The notes: generated by a model not told the origin, from the letters alone. A DNA stretch of 64,000 nucleotides from an uncultured Holophagales bacterium (GCA_963842525.1 CAWJGT010000011.1:160001-224000), one strand, 5' to 3'. Positions 1 through 13,255 are shown, counted from the first letter of the stretch. Made by a program: numbers and translations.

Positions 1-286
1 GTGCTGCCAGCGCGCCTCCTTGGGCACCCAGAAGATGCTGGCGGCGCGGTACTCGTCCGGGTCTTCCGGGTCGGCGCCTTCGGCGCTTCTGCGCCTCGAG
101 CTCCGCGTGCTTCGCCTCGAAGGCGTCGGAGATGTACTTGAGGAAGATCAGGCCGAGGACGACGTGCTTGTACTCGGCCGCGTCCATGTTGTTGCGCAGC
201 GCGTCGGCGGCGGCCCAGAGCTTGGCCTCGAAGCCGAGAGGTGGCGTGGTGCCGTTGCTCTTGGCCTTGGCGCCGGTACTGCTCAC
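1..286 (-). CDS. hsdM: Type I restriction-modification methyltransferase subunit M, 5' part (runs off window; apparent +1 frameshift near 86)
   Basis: Manual translation from GTG at 286 gives [40 protein letters not shown], then in a shifted frame [19 protein letters not shown]. This is the typical HsdM N-terminus. Confidence 0.9.
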   Translation of the reverse strand, partial: MSSTGAKAKSNGTTPPLGFEAKLWAAADALRNNMDAAEYKHVVLGLIFLKYISDAFEAKHAELEAQKRRRRRPGRPGRVPRRQHLLGAQGGALAA

Positions 287-636
287 GCGTGTCTCGTTGC
301 CTGGTTCGAGCCGTCTTGGGTTTTGCCGGTCTCGCCTCGGCTACTCGCGGGAGATGGGCCGGGGGGGAGGGCGCGACCCGGCCCGGTCAGCCGCTCGATG
401 AGGAGCGCCTTCTCGCGGCCCGAGTCGTCGAGACCGAGGGCGCGGCAGATCTCCTTGAGCCGTGTACGGGGAAGCGTGCCGAGAACCTCGGCCAGCGGAG
501 CCTTGCGGGAGCCGGCGAGGGCTTCGACGAGCTCTCCGCGCACCCGGCGGTCGCGGACCTCCAGGCCGACCTGATCGACGGCGGCCAGGAGCTCATCCCG
601 CTTCAACTGATCCAGAATCTCGCGCTTCGAAGGCAT
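283..636 (-). CDS. Small helical protein immediately upstream of hsdM (GTGA overlap; may be the HsdM N-terminal extension)
   Basis: [19 protein letters not shown]...[25 protein letters not shown], preceded by RBS GGAGG. Its stop overlaps the hsdM GTG. Confidence 0.65.
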   Translation of the reverse strand: MPSKREILDQLKRDELLAAVDQVGLEVRDRRVRGELVEALAGSRKAPLAEVLGTLPRTRLKEICRALGLDDSGREKALLIERLTGPGRALPPGPSPASSRGETGKTQDGSNQATRHA

Positions 637-776
637 AAACCTCCCAGGAGGTCCGGCTGCGGCCGGCCCCGACATCGCCCATCATAGGCTTCAGGACAGG
701 TGACACAGGGACAATTGTGGCAGGGACAGATGTGGCGGGGATAACCATGGCAGGGACAGGCGTGGTCGGGGATGTT

Positions 777-1790
777 GTAGGGGAACCTTGTGGTTGCCCA
801 CGATCTCGCCCACGGCAGCCGATTCGCATCTTTCCACGGTCGCGGCAGGCGGGGCAAGGGCAACCACAAGGGTTGCCCCTACAGGCGCCCTGTTTGGACA
901 GCGCCGGCGGTTCCATGCCCGCGGTTGCCTGTTCGGATCGCCCCGTCGGCCTCATATCCGCAACCGCCCGTTCCGGCGATCCCATATCCACGGATGTTGT
1001 AGGGGCAACCCTTGTGGTTGCCACGGTCTCGCCACGGCGGCCGATTCCACTATCTCTCCTCCATCACCCACAGCTCCGCCCCGGTCTGCGGCTGAAAACC
1101 GCCGAAGTAAGAGGCGGTCTCCCACGGCAAAGAAGAAGTCGCAGGTGAGGTTTTCGAGCTGCTGCACATCCCCGGCGAAGAAGACGGCACGGGGTCGACT
1201 GCATGGCCACTCCCGGCGGCGTGAGGCGCAAGATCTCCGCTGCTGTGCCATCGCCCGCCCTGTCCATCGTTCCAATTCTGAGACCCACCCTCTGGATTCA
1301 GGGTCTCAAAAATGAGACGCACGGCGAAAGTGTTCAATTGTAAACCTTTGAATATCATTGCCTTAGGAATTTTCGGACGCCTGGAATGGTTCCTCTCCAC
1401 GTTGCCTGTTCGGACACCCCCCGGCAGTTCGATGTCCGCAGCCACCTGTCCGGATCGCCCCGTCGCCCCTGTCCTCGGCGGTGTAGGGCCAACCCTAGTG
1501 GTGCACCCGGTATGCGCCACGGCGACCGATTGCTCTGCCGACGGTCGCGGCAGGCGGGCAAGGGTAACTGCGAGGGTGCCCCTGGAGGCGACTGTTCGAT
1601 GCGCCGACGGTCCACGCCGCGGTTGCCCGTCTGTACACCAGCGGCTGGCCCGCGTCCGCGGTTGCTTGATGGGGATCGTCACCGATGACCGTCCATTACT
1701 CCGGCGGCCGCCCTGTCGGCGGCCCCGTGACAGGCGGCCATGGAACCGATATTTTGTGTCCATCGGGCAACCTCTAGTGCTTGCCCCGCG
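777..1790. repeat. Cluster of GTAG-type REP palindromes (GTAGGGGCAACCCTTGTGGTTGCCC) within longer composite repeats
   Basis: Copies at 777-799, 858-882 (inverted) and 999-1023, with degenerate copies near 1482 and 1765. Flanking blocks at 836/1541 and 928/1445 are also repeated. Confidence 0.75.
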
Positions 1791-1829
1791 ATCTTCCTGG
1801 AAGGCCGGCGGCCTCAATAACAACGATCA

Positions 1830-2351
1830 ATGGACGTGGGCGGCAACGACACCTCATACGGCCAATCGACGGCAGGAAACCTGTCCGGCGGCAACGCAAC
1901 GCCACTCTCGCCGGGACATCCGTCAGCGCATCTTCGACGGCGGTCGCCGACGCACCACCCGGACAGGCGGTGGCACGATCCTCTCCGGACGGTGAGGAGC
2001 AATGACACCCCGGCTCGGCGAATAATGGACGGCGGCTCCAGACGAAGGCGGCGATGGCCATTTCTGTGAACCTGACGGTGGTACGGCGTCGGACGGCGAT
2101 TCGTACACCGTGCGGCTTGACCGGCGCCGCATTCGCCGATGTCCTCACGGGCAACACGGGCGGCAACACATGCTCGGAGGCAATGGTAACGATTTCCTGA
2201 CGGCGCCGGGGGAACCGACACCTGCGACGGCGGCAGCGGCTGCGACTGGTGCGAGAACTGCTCGACGATGATCTCGTGCGAGAACTCCAGCGCTGGTTGC
2301 TACCCGGGTGGCAAGCCGCCCGTCGATCCCATCCCGCCTCCGCCGATTTGA
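1830..2351 (+). pseudogene. Degraded RTX/haemolysin-type Ca-binding repeat protein
   Basis: Fragments in shifting frames: GGNDT, ADVLTGNTGGNT, LGGNGNDFL, DGAGGTDTCDGGSGCDWCENC...PPPI*. Confidence 0.5.
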
Positions 2352-2433
2352 CCTGGCATGTAGCGGGCGTCCCACCAGGGGCGCCCGTTGTCTTTCCCTT
2401 ATTTCTCCTCCATCACCCCTCTTCCAGGACGCG

Positions 2434-4707
<2,274 letters not shown>

Positions 4708-4751
4708 AGGACTGCCCTCCGGAAAGCACGCAAGTCTAGCAGAGACAGAAG

Positions 4752-4778
4752 CTCCCCCGCGATCTGATCGCGGGGGAG
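4752..4778 (-). terminator. GC hairpin, probable intrinsic terminator/attenuator between the two minus-strand genes
   Basis: CTCCCCCGCGATC-T-GATCGCGGGGGAG perfect stem, with a short pyrimidine tail. Confidence 0.55.
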
Positions 4779-4805
4779 GTTTCCACGCCTCGATTGCGAG
4801 AAGGC

Positions 4806-7669
4806 TCAGCCCGCCGACGCTGCAAGGACCGTCGCCGCGTCGCTCTTGCCGTCCTTTTCGTCGCCGTCGAGGATGCCATCCTCGTCGCGGTCGATGCCGA
4901 TGCGCACCCCCGAGCCCGGCGGGGTGCAGGTATAGGTCAGCTCACCGCCTTTCTGCGCGGCGCGTTGCCGCAGGCTGGCATCGGTGACCGGCGCGTCGCA
5001 GCTCCGGTTGCCGAGGAAACGGCCCGAGCCCACGTCGTAGAGATAGCCTCTTTCGCCGTGGTTGCTCCCGCCTTTGACCACCAGATCGCATTCTCCCGCC
5101 TGGGCGCGGTCGATCAGGAGGTCGATCCGCGGCCCGGCCACGGCTGCGTTGCCTTGCGCGAGCGTCGTCTGCTGCCCGACGATGGGTGCCAGGTTGCTGT
5201 CGAAGGCGAGCTGGAAGTCCTCGACCTGCCGTTTCTGGAGCTCGCCGGCCGGCCCGGGCAGGAACCCGCCGGGAGTCGTCGGCGACTGGTTGAAGCCCGC
5301 TCCGTCGGTGGTGATGCTGATGAAATCGAACATCGTCGGGATGGCCCCGTCGTGATTGAAGCCGAAGCCGCGGACCTGGTCGCCCAGGAAGGCGTCGCTG
5401 GTGGGGATGGTCGGGCTGCTCGGCATTCCGAACATGCCGACCTTCTGGTAGGCGTTGCGGAGGTGCGGTGTTTTGAATCCTTCCGTCCCGCCATCGAAGG
5501 TGTAGCGGCCGTCGGTACCGAAGAAGCCTGGAGCGGCCACTCCTTGCGCCGCGTTCGCGTTGCGATCGGTCACATGGCAGGAAGCGCAGGTGCCCAGGTT
5601 GGTGAAGTCGGAAATGTTGTTCATGAAGAAGTCGCGCCCGACCTGCTGGTCCGGGGTGAGCTGGTTGTTGAGCTTCCGGACCGGGTTGGGTGGATACGTG
5701 ACCTGAAGGATGAAGGCGGCGAACGCATCCATGTCCTCGTCGTCGATCGGCCTGTCGCGCCCCAGGAGGCTGGGGAAGGCTCCCTTGAACTTCTTGAATC
5801 CCGCGACCTCATCGAACGTGCCGCTGTCCGGCTGTGCGCTCGGGTTGTCGTTGCCGCCGGTGCGGTCGCCGCGCCAGTGCATCGGCCCGTGGTTCGCCAT
5901 GCCGCGCAGGCTCTGCGTGGTCATCGGTCCCTTCATGGGGTGAAAAGCTGTCCGGCAGCCCGAACGCCGAAGGGGGCACCTCGAACGGCCCCGGCGTGGG
6001 GTCCACCGAGCCGTCCGGGTTGCCGAGGTCCCAGGCCAGGCTGTCGAAGTCACCGTAGACATGGCAACTGGCGCAGGACGAATCCCCGTGGCTCGAAGAG
6101 AGCGACGTGTCGTAGAGGAACCGGACGCCCGGCGACCACGCTCGGCGGCTCGGGATTGTGCATGGGGACGTGCCCGATCTCCGCGCCCGAGACCGTATCG
6201 ATGACCGCGATCGAGTTGTCGAAGCGGGTCAGCGTGTAGAGCCGGTTCTTTTCTTCGTGGAGCACCAGGCCGATCAGGCCGCCGCCGGACACCTTGATTT
6301 GATCGGCGGTGCTCGGCGTGAACGTATTGTTTTCCAGGGCGTTGGTATCGAAGACACCGATCTTGGACGTGCCGAGCGTCGCGACGTACAGGGTGCTGCC
6401 GTCGCTCGTGACCGCCATCTGCTGCGGGAGAGCGAGGGTCTTGTCGTTCTCGGCGTTCGGGATCGCGTCGCAGCAGGCGGCGTAGTTGATGTGTTTGTTG
6501 AGATGCCGCGGAGCGACGCTTCCCGCCGCGCCGAGGACGGTGATCCTGCTTTCGTGGAGGCGGCCTCGAATGCTGTGACCGGCGAAGGTGCCGGGCCCTT
6601 CGAAGCGTTTTTCGTTCCCCGCCTCGGTGTTCGAGACGTAAACCTTCCCATTCACCGGATTCACCACCATGTTGTAGAGGATGGTGCCGACGCCCCGGTA
6701 GTAGCCGGCGTTTCCGTCGAGCTGCGCCGGCGGATTGGCGTTCGCGTTGATGACGAAGACGTCCTTGTCGGGCAGGGAGAACCGGACTTTGTCATCCCAG
6801 ACCCGGTTGAGCTCATCGACCCAGTGGGTGCCGTTGAACCTGACGACCAGCCCCACCTCCGGCTGCGGAACGCCGTCGGCATCGGTGTTGGGCTCGGGCA
6901 GGCCCCCGGCGGCTTGCCCGCCGTTCGGGACGAAAAACTCGTGGACGGTCGTGGTGCGGTTTCCGGAGTGGAACGCCGCCGCATAGACCTTGCTGCCGTC
7001 CGGGCTCACCGCCAGGGCGCGCGGCGTGTCGCTGAACAGAGTGATGATGGTGAGCGGCGTTCCCGTGAGCGTGCCGCCGAGATTCTCTGCATTGAAGACC
7101 CAGACGTCCGCCCGGCCCACGCCGGGAGTGGTGAGCTGGGGATCGTACGGGACGTTCTGGCCGCGGTGGGCGGTGGTGATGAAGGCGCGCTTCTTCCCCG
7201 GCCCGCCGAAGACGATGTCGCGCGGCTCATCCCCCACGAGCAGGGTGCGCACGACGCGGCCGCTGTTCCCGCCCTGGGTCAGCTCGACCACGCTGACGCT
7301 GTCGGAGAGGTGGTTGACGACCCAGATCTCGTTGTCGCTGCGCGCCGCGACGGCCACCGGTTCGAGGCCGACAGGAATGGAGGCGCGATGCTCCAGGCCG
7401 TGGTTCTTGATGCGAAAGACTTCGAGACGGTTGTCCGGTGTATTGGCCGCGAAAAGGAGCTTCCCGCTCGGTGACAGCGCCAGAGGGCGGACCTGGCCGC
7501 TCTCGAAGAGCGTGAAGCGCCCCGATCCGGCCTTGGCCGGCTTGAAGTCGGCCAGGCGGGCTCCAGCCCCCGCGGCCCCCGCAGTCGCCGCGGCGACAAG
7601 ACAGGCGAGGACGGATAACGGGACCATCAGAGACAAGACAGAACGGCGTGCGAGGTACGGCATGGCCAT
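4806..7669 (-). CDS. Secreted YVTN/YncE-type beta-propeller fused to a di-haem c cytochrome domain (frameshifts near 6125 and 5945)
   Basis: ORFs 6050..7702, 5809..6006 and 4806..6062 join into one protein. It has a signal peptide, propeller repeats ([21 protein letters not shown]) and two CASCH haem motifs. RBS GGAGG precedes ATG 7669. Confidence 0.8.
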
Positions 7670-7801
7670 AGAACCTCCTAACAGGCATTGCATCCGCTGC
7701 ACCCCTCAGACCCTGAGGGAGAAGGGCAACGCATTGTCCAAATCTCTGAACGCCTGGAATTCCGATTCCCCTCACTCTGTCTGAAAGGTATGATCCGCCC
7801 C

Positions 7802-8422
7802 ATGCGACGCTCCGCCGACACCAATTTCGAGGAGGTGTTCGCCGCGCTTCCTCTGCTGCACCAGACACCCCGCTCGTGGGCGGAGCTCGCCGCTGCGCGC
7901 TTGCCCGAGTTCCTGGCCGATCACGCGGTCTGCGAACAGCAGGTCGCCATGTATGCCCTGTCGCTCGCCGGCTACTATCCCGACGACGCCGAGCTCGTCG
8001 AGCAAGCCGCGGGGCTCGCGGCGGAGGAGGTGCAGCATTTCCGGCGGGTGGTGGCGATCCTGAGAAAGCGGGGCTGGCCGCTCGGGGGACGGCGAAAGAA
8101 CCCCTGGGCTCAGAGCCTGAAGGCGCAGATCGTTCTCGGCCGCGAGCCCTGGACGAAGGTCGACCGTCTGCTGTTCGGCGCCATGGTCGAGGCGCGGAGC
8201 TGCGAGCGCTTCACCCGGCTCCTGGAGGTCGTCGAAGACCAGGAGGTCGCCCATCTCCTCGCCGATCTCGGCCCCGCGGAGCGCCGCCACTGGCAGCTCT
8301 TCTATCAGCTCGCCGGCCGCGAGACCGCCGCGGAGGCACTGACGGCCCGCTTCCAGCACTGGCGAGAGCTCGAGGCCGATCTCGCGCGCGGCCTCGGAAT
8401 TTCTCCGGCGGTTCACGGCTGA
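7802..8422 (+). CDS. miaE: tRNA-(ms2io6A)-hydroxylase MiaE-like ferritin-fold protein
   Basis: DHAxCE, EExxHF, EARSCERF and ExRH di-iron motifs. Confidence 0.85.
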   Translation: MRRSADTNFEEVFAALPLLHQTPRSWAELAAARLPEFLADHAVCEQQVAMYALSLAGYYPDDAELVEQAAGLAAEEVQHFRRVVAILRKRGWPLGGRRKNPWAQSLKAQIVLGREPWTKVDRLLFGAMVEARSCERFTRLLEVVEDQEVAHLLADLGPAERRHWQLFYQLAGRETAAEALTARFQHWRELEADLARGLGISPAVHG

Positions 8423-8625
8423 GGGACGGCTGCTGGCTGCAAAGGGAGAATCGTCGGCATTACGCCTCCTTCACTATGCGGTAGCCGGGCACACTCGAAT
8501 GGCGCGAGATAAAAGTACCCGACGCAGAGAACGTCATCCGGGCTGTCCCAAGCCATCCGGCTTCCTGGAAGATCATCCCTGACGGTGTAATTTACCTGGA
8601 ACTGATACCGTAATTCTACAGCGGA

Positions 8626-8958
8626 TCAATCCTTTGCAGGCAACGTCGAGACGTATGCAACCGCGCGTTGCACCCAGCCCCGAAGATCCTCTTCAGAGGT
8701 GAGCCCGGCCGGCTCGACGTACACCATGCTCTTCATCGGCTTGCCCGTGAAATCCATGAATCGCGTGTGCGGTTTGGTGAGAGCCTCGGCGGCTCCTTCT
8801 TCCCCGAGGCGCAGCATCAGCAAATCCTTCACCACACCACAGCACATATTGCCATTGAGCAAGAAGGCGAGACCGCCGAACATTTTCCGTTCGGTAATCC
8901 CCCTCCGCCGCCCGATCACTGAGCGGACGCGAGCAGCAGTGTCTTCATCAAAGGCCAT
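8626..8958 (-). CDS. TfoX/Sxy N-terminal domain protein (last gene of cassette array A)
   Basis: ERKMFGGLAFLLNGNMCCGV...MDFTGKPMK motif. Confidence 0.85.
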   Translation of the reverse strand: MAFDEDTAARVRSVIGRRRGITERKMFGGLAFLLNGNMCCGVVKDLLMLRLGEEGAAEALTKPHTRFMDFTGKPMKSMVYVEPAGLTSEEDLRGWVQRAVAYVSTLPAKD

Positions 8959-8985
8959 TCGTTACTCTCAGAACCTAGTTCGCGC

Positions 8986-9056
8986 GGTCAACGCTTCGGG
9001 GCCTCAACGCGCATCTGGGCGCGAGCCCAAGTGTCCGCTGCAGGCCGGCGTTGGCC
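8986..9056 (-). other. Integron attC site
   Basis: Minus strand reads GGCCAAC-gccGGCCTGCAGCgg...gcGTTGAGGCC-ccgaagc-GTTGACC, i.e. R''/L''/L'/R' imperfect palindrome, 71 bp, just after a stop codon. Confidence 0.75.
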
Positions 9057-9089
9057 GTCGACACAGCACATTTGCAATATCGACGTTTG

Positions 9090-10151
9090 TCATTCCGCGG
9101 ATGCAACCCACCCCCCACCTGCTTTTGTGAACCTACGCGTTGCTGTTTCAGTGCTGGTATCCCCCCCCATAAAGAACTTCATCAGCATGGAAACCCCCTC
9201 AGCATGTGCATCCCCGGCTTCGGTTCCCTCGGTTGAATAGAACGTTGGCTTCGAGACAATTTGGTAAGTGCAGAAATAGCCCGCTCCGTACGACGCTACA
9301 TTGCATCCCAGTTTTTCGAACTCTACAATCTCGATTGCTATACCGGCCAGCATATTCTCAGTTGTCACGGTATTGGAGTCCTTTACCACACCGCCTCTTC
9401 TCTTAATCTGGCCGAGTAGCGCTTCTTTCATTTCCTTCTCGCTTGGTTCGTCATAATGGGGTGGCTTGACCGAGGATCCCTCGTTAATTCTGACATCAAT
9501 GCTACCGCTGCCTCCTTGAAAGATGTTAGGGCTAGTAGAGCCATGGCTTTCTTGTTTCGCAGGCACAGACTCGACAGCTTCCTCCCGCACCGAATGGGCC
9601 GGCCCATTGGCCTTTCTGATCTCCCGAAGTTCCTGATCGACTTTAGTAAAAGTCTCGAGTGGTACATACTTTTGACGGACATCTTCCTGCAAAATATAAG
9701 TGCCTTGCCTCACCACATCAAGTTTAGCTACCCGGAGAATGAAATCGTAGGCGCTGATGCCAGCTATGAAACTGCCCAAAATAGCTCCAAGGAAGTACAT
9801 CCAAGGCGATTCTTCGATTCGCGCCTTGAGAGACATACCACGCTCCCGCTCGAACTTTCCTGGTGGGGCAAGATGTCTCCCGCCAGGAGATGGCGCAGGC
9901 GTCCTGGCCCAGATCAGCCAGCGGTGTAACAAGAAGGCGCCAGTGCCGCCCCCGATGAGGCCGAACACGAAAGTCGTGCCGGTTGCCCCAGTGGCCCAAG
10001 CGATAGCCCCTCTTGCCAAGAGAAGAAGAAGCGCTCCACCAAGGGACAGCAGCGAGTAAAAGCCTAGCAGTTTCAGAAGACGCAGGGCCGCTTCACGCTG
10101 CCATCTGGGCGACGGGAGAACTGAGGTGAAACGCAAATCGTCAAGAGTCAC
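9090..10151 (-). CDS. Hypothetical membrane protein (cassette gene)
   Basis: 353-aa ORF with N-terminal TM helices and lower GC than the flanks. It could be two genes (second start MSLKARIEE). Confidence 0.6.
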   Translation of the reverse strand: MTLDDLRFTSVLPSPRWQREAALRLLKLLGFYSLLSLGGALLLLLARGAIAWATGATGTTFVFGLIGGGTGAFLLHRWLIWARTPAPSPGGRHLAPPGKFERERGMSLKARIEESPWMYFLGAILGSFIAGISAYDFILRVAKLDVVRQGTYILQEDVRQKYVPLETFTKVDQELREIRKANGPAHSVREEAVESVPAKQESHGSTSPNIFQGGSGSIDVRINEGSSVKPPHYDEPSEKEMKEALLGQIKRRGGVVKDSNTVTTENMLAGIAIEIVEFEKLGCNVASYGAGYFCTYQIVSKPTFYSTEGTEAGDAHAEGVSMLMKFFMGGDTSTETATRRFTKAGGGWVASAE

Positions 10152-10477
10152 GGGACACCTCGGTAGGCTCTAACTACGCAAGCTATTCCGAATACGAGGA
10201 TACTGCAGAGGAGGAGGAAGTCTGCGGTCGAGAACAACTCGTGAAGAGTGATCAGCCCAAGGAAGGAGAGAGCCTCACCTGGCCAGAGCCAATGGACGAG
10301 ACCTTCTATTCCTCTCATCCCCAGAAGAATGACGACGACGACAGAACAATGAGATATCCACTCGATGGCTGCCCATGCGGCTCTCTTGAATGCATGCTCG
10401 GCAAGACCTGCCAGCGTCTGCCTTGAGAGTTCTTCTGTCGCCACATCTTGTGACTTGGCAACGGGCTCCGAGGACAT
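10148..10477 (-). CDS. Hypothetical 2-TM protein (cassette gene)
   Basis: RBS AGGAGG, two hydrophobic segments, 4-nt overlap with the next ORF. Confidence 0.65.
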   Translation of the reverse strand: MSSEPVAKSQDVATEELSRQTLAGLAEHAFKRAAWAAIEWISHCSVVVVILLGMRGIEGLVHWLWPGEALSFLGLITLHELFSTADFLLLCSILVFGIACVVRAYRGVP

Positions 10478-10519
10478 CAGCGCCTCCTATTGAATGTTGC
10501 ATTCACCATCTTCTCTGCC

Positions 10520-10612
10520 GGCTAACGCTCTGCGCTTGAGCGGCCGGCGGCAATAGACGCTCGGACATGACGAGTCGGTCGCCCGCCGGTCTGCTCCAAG
10601 CGCTGGTTAGCC
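10520..10612 (-). other. Integron attC site
   Basis: Minus strand reads GGCTAAC-ca-GCGCTTGGAGCAGACCGGC...GCCGGCCGCTCAAGCGC-agagc-GTTAGCC, 93 bp, canonical architecture with an extrahelical base. Confidence 0.9.
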
Positions 10613-10621
10613 AGCAATCGT

Positions 10622-11074
10622 TCACTTTCCATCTGTCGGCTCCTCTGAGAGCACCTGGACGACAGAGTCGCCAGTCTTAACGAAACTGCGCTCTTCGTCG
10701 AGGTCCTCCCAGGTGCGCTCCTCGGTCTTTAGAGTCTCATACGTTGTCACCCATCGTGGCGGCTCAAAAAGTTTTTTTACATCGAGAAGGCTGCTATCTG
10801 CCACTCCGCCCACATTCACCTTTTTTGAGCGAAAGGTAGAAGCTACAGATAGCCTTGGTTCTACCCTAGTAATTTTGACCCGGACTTTTGGCCGCTCAAC
10901 GGACCCTAGAACCTCCCCGGAATCGGGGTCACGGATATCCTCTCCCGTGGCGTCAAGGACATCGAATCGCATCCCTATCTCAACACCATCACGAGAGCCG
11001 ATGTTGAGCGCCAGCTCCCTCGAGTTCAGAATGCGAGCGACTTTTCCCCGGAGGGGTTCCCGATTAGCTGTCAC
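10622..11074 (-). CDS. Hypothetical protein with FlgT C-terminal-like beta-barrel motif (cassette gene)
   Basis: KVARILNSRELALNIGSRDGVEIGMRF...DPDSGEVLG pattern. Confidence 0.65.
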   Translation of the reverse strand: MTANREPLRGKVARILNSRELALNIGSRDGVEIGMRFDVLDATGEDIRDPDSGEVLGSVERPKVRVKITRVEPRLSVASTFRSKKVNVGGVADSSLLDVKKLFEPPRWVTTYETLKTEERTWEDLDEERSFVKTGDSVVQVLSEEPTDGK

Positions 11075-11565
11075 GGTTCAGTGCCTCCGGGCTCTGCCGC
11101 GCGGGTTTTCAGTCGGCGCTCCACATCCGCTACCTCTTCTGGTACAAGATCGCGCCAATCCTCCAAAGCATCTGTTACGCTAGCTCGCTGCTCGGTAACG
11201 AGAGCCTCAACTACGTCAAGCCGGGAATCTCCGGTTCCGGCAGCAGAGCGGAAGCGATTTACTGTCTCAGCAAGACGACCGAGACTCGCGTAGAGCCCTA
11301 GAACGCGCCGGAAGGCTGATCTCGCGGCGGGCTTTATCAGCTCCCGAGCTGCGGCTTCCGCAGACTGACGTCCGAAAATGTAAGATCCTGAAAGGCCTGC
11401 AGCGAGCGTCAAGAGTTGTAAAAGCGTGCTCTCTAGACTGCTCAGGGTCCGCTCCGCTGACACTACGATCAGAGTCACGGACCCTGCCACGGTGAATAAA
11501 AGCAACACTACCGCCATCCAGAAGGCGCTACGTTTCCACCTAGGTGCGCTCAGAGCCGGTTCCAA
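11071..11565 (-). CDS. Hypothetical 2-TM + helical protein (cassette gene)
   Basis: ORF with two N-terminal TM helices and a GTGA overlap with the downstream gene. Confidence 0.65.
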   Translation of the reverse strand: MEPALSAPRWKRSAFWMAVVLLLFTVAGSVTLIVVSAERTLSSLESTLLQLLTLAAGLSGSYIFGRQSAEAAARELIKPAARSAFRRVLGLYASLGRLAETVNRFRSAAGTGDSRLDVVEALVTEQRASVTDALEDWRDLVPEEVADVERRLKTRAAEPGGTEP

Positions 11566-11582
11566 AGAGTTCCCCTATTGAT

Positions 11583-11596
11583 GGCTAACCTCTACC
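11583..11596 (-). other. attI-like core site (GTTAGCC) heading array A, split from its upstream part by IS66
   Basis: GGTAGAG-GTTAGCCA is perfectly complementary to the R'' TGGCTAAC ending the first cassette. After removing the IS it is homologous to 19200-19235. Confidence 0.7.
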
Positions 11597-11693
11597 GTAT
11601 CTGTTTACCGCCCTAGTGCCGCCTTCCCCGAGCGGTGGCACGTCCGCAAGGGCTTGAAGTTCTCTTCTCGGCATGGTCTAATGTCTTTCAGGC

Positions 11694-13125
11694 ATGCCGA
11701 CTTACGAGGAACTCCTTCAAGAGAACTCTGAGCTTCGCCAAGACAACGGTGAGCTTCGCCAGCGGGTGGAGGAGCAGGAGCGCCAGATTGCGCACCTGAA
11801 GCGCCGAATCGTCGATCTGGAGAAACTTGTCGAGGAGCTACGGCGCCGGGGCAAACGCCAGGCTGCCCCCTTCTCGAAGGGAGATCCGAGCGAGGATCCC
11901 AAGTCTCCAGGGCGCAAAGCCGGGGATCAATATGGTCAGCAAGCGACTCGAGCTGTGCCCGATCACGTCGACGAAACCATCGTGGTGGAGTGCCCGCTGT
12001 ATTGTGAGCACTGTGGGGGTCAGGTCATTCCGCAGGGCGAAGCTCGCCAGTATCAGACCGATCTGCCGCCGATTCGGCCGGTGACGACGGAGTTCATCCT
12101 CCATTATGGGAAGTGCTCGGCATGTGGCCGGGAAGCTGTGGGGCGTCACCCGCGCCAGACTTCCCAGGCGTTCCGGGTCGGCAACGTGCAACTCGGTCCA
12201 AACGTGTTGGGGCTCGCCGCCTGGCTCAACAAGGTCGGAGGCTTGAGCTACGGCAAGATCGCCGCGTTGCTGAAGGAGCTGGCTGGACTGTCTGTGTCGC
12301 GCTCGGCCCTGTGCCGCGCGCTGCTTCGCATGAGTAAGAAGCTGGAGCCCTTGTACGAGGAGCTGAAGGCGAAGATCCGGAGCTCTCCTGTGGTGTACCC
12401 GGACGAGACGGGCTGGCGGGAGGGGGGCTATAGCGTGTGGTTGTGGGTGTTCACCAATCGCAGCGAGACGGTCTACAGCATCCAGCCGGGTCGTGGCTAT
12501 GCCGAGGCCTCTGAGGTCCTGGGGGAGGGCTTTGTCGGCGTGCTGGTGGCTGATGGTTGGGCTCCCTATCAGAAATTTGAAGAAGCGACTCATCAGACCT
12601 GTCTGGCGCATCTGTTGCGCCGTTGCGAGGAGCTGCTGGAGAAGGCGACAGGGGGTGCGGTGCGCTTTCCTCGGGCGGTGAAAGAGATCCTGCAGGCCGC
12701 CTTGGAGGCGCGAGATCAGCGGGACGCGGGCAAGCTCAGCGGCGAGGCGCTGGAGAAGGTCAAGCAGGACTTGGAGGCTCCAGATGGAAAGGCGTCTGTC
12801 GGGGCAGTTCACGAACCCCGACAACCAGCGTCTGGCTCAGCATTTGATACGTCACCAGGAGCAGCTGTTTGTCTTCCTGGAACGCACGGATGTGGAGGCG
12901 ACCAATTGGCCGGCCGAACAAGGGATTCGCCCGGCGGTCATCAACCGCAAGACATCTGGGGGAAATCGGACGGCCGAGGGGTCCCAGGCGCAAGCGGTCT
13001 TGATGAGTGCCCTGCGCACATTTCAGCAACACCAAGTCGGGACACTCGAGATCTTGCCCCAGCTTCTGCGCAGCCCCCAGCTACCGAAGCTTGAGGCAAT
13101 ACTTCCTGCGTCACAGCCACCGTAA
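11694..13125 (+). CDS. IS66 transposase (frameshift near 12778)
   Basis: Coiled-coil N-terminus, Cys zinc finger, DETGW, ADG..Y, QTCLAHLLR and TNWPAEQGIRPAV motifs. Confidence 0.9.
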
Positions 13126-13255
13126 CAGTTCTCGCCACGAGTTATCCGTGGCTCCAGGTCGGTAGCCGCTCGCCCTCGTCAGGTCGCCTGGCCAGCGCGG
13201 ACGTGTGTCCAGGGAAAACCTTCCCCAAAAGTGCCGCTGACGGTAAACAGATACC

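Noticed and set aside
1270-1380. GTCTCAAAAATGAGAC palindrome and AT-rich patch as an IS end
   Set aside because: No partner end, TSD or transposase. At most a regulatory site.
12770-12790. Programmed frameshift in the IS66 transposase (same site shifted in both duplicate copies)
   Set aside because: The copies carry different single-base insertions (GAGGCTCC vs GAGCTTCC) that both resolve to GAGCTCCAGATG. There is no slippery run, so this is typical long-read error.
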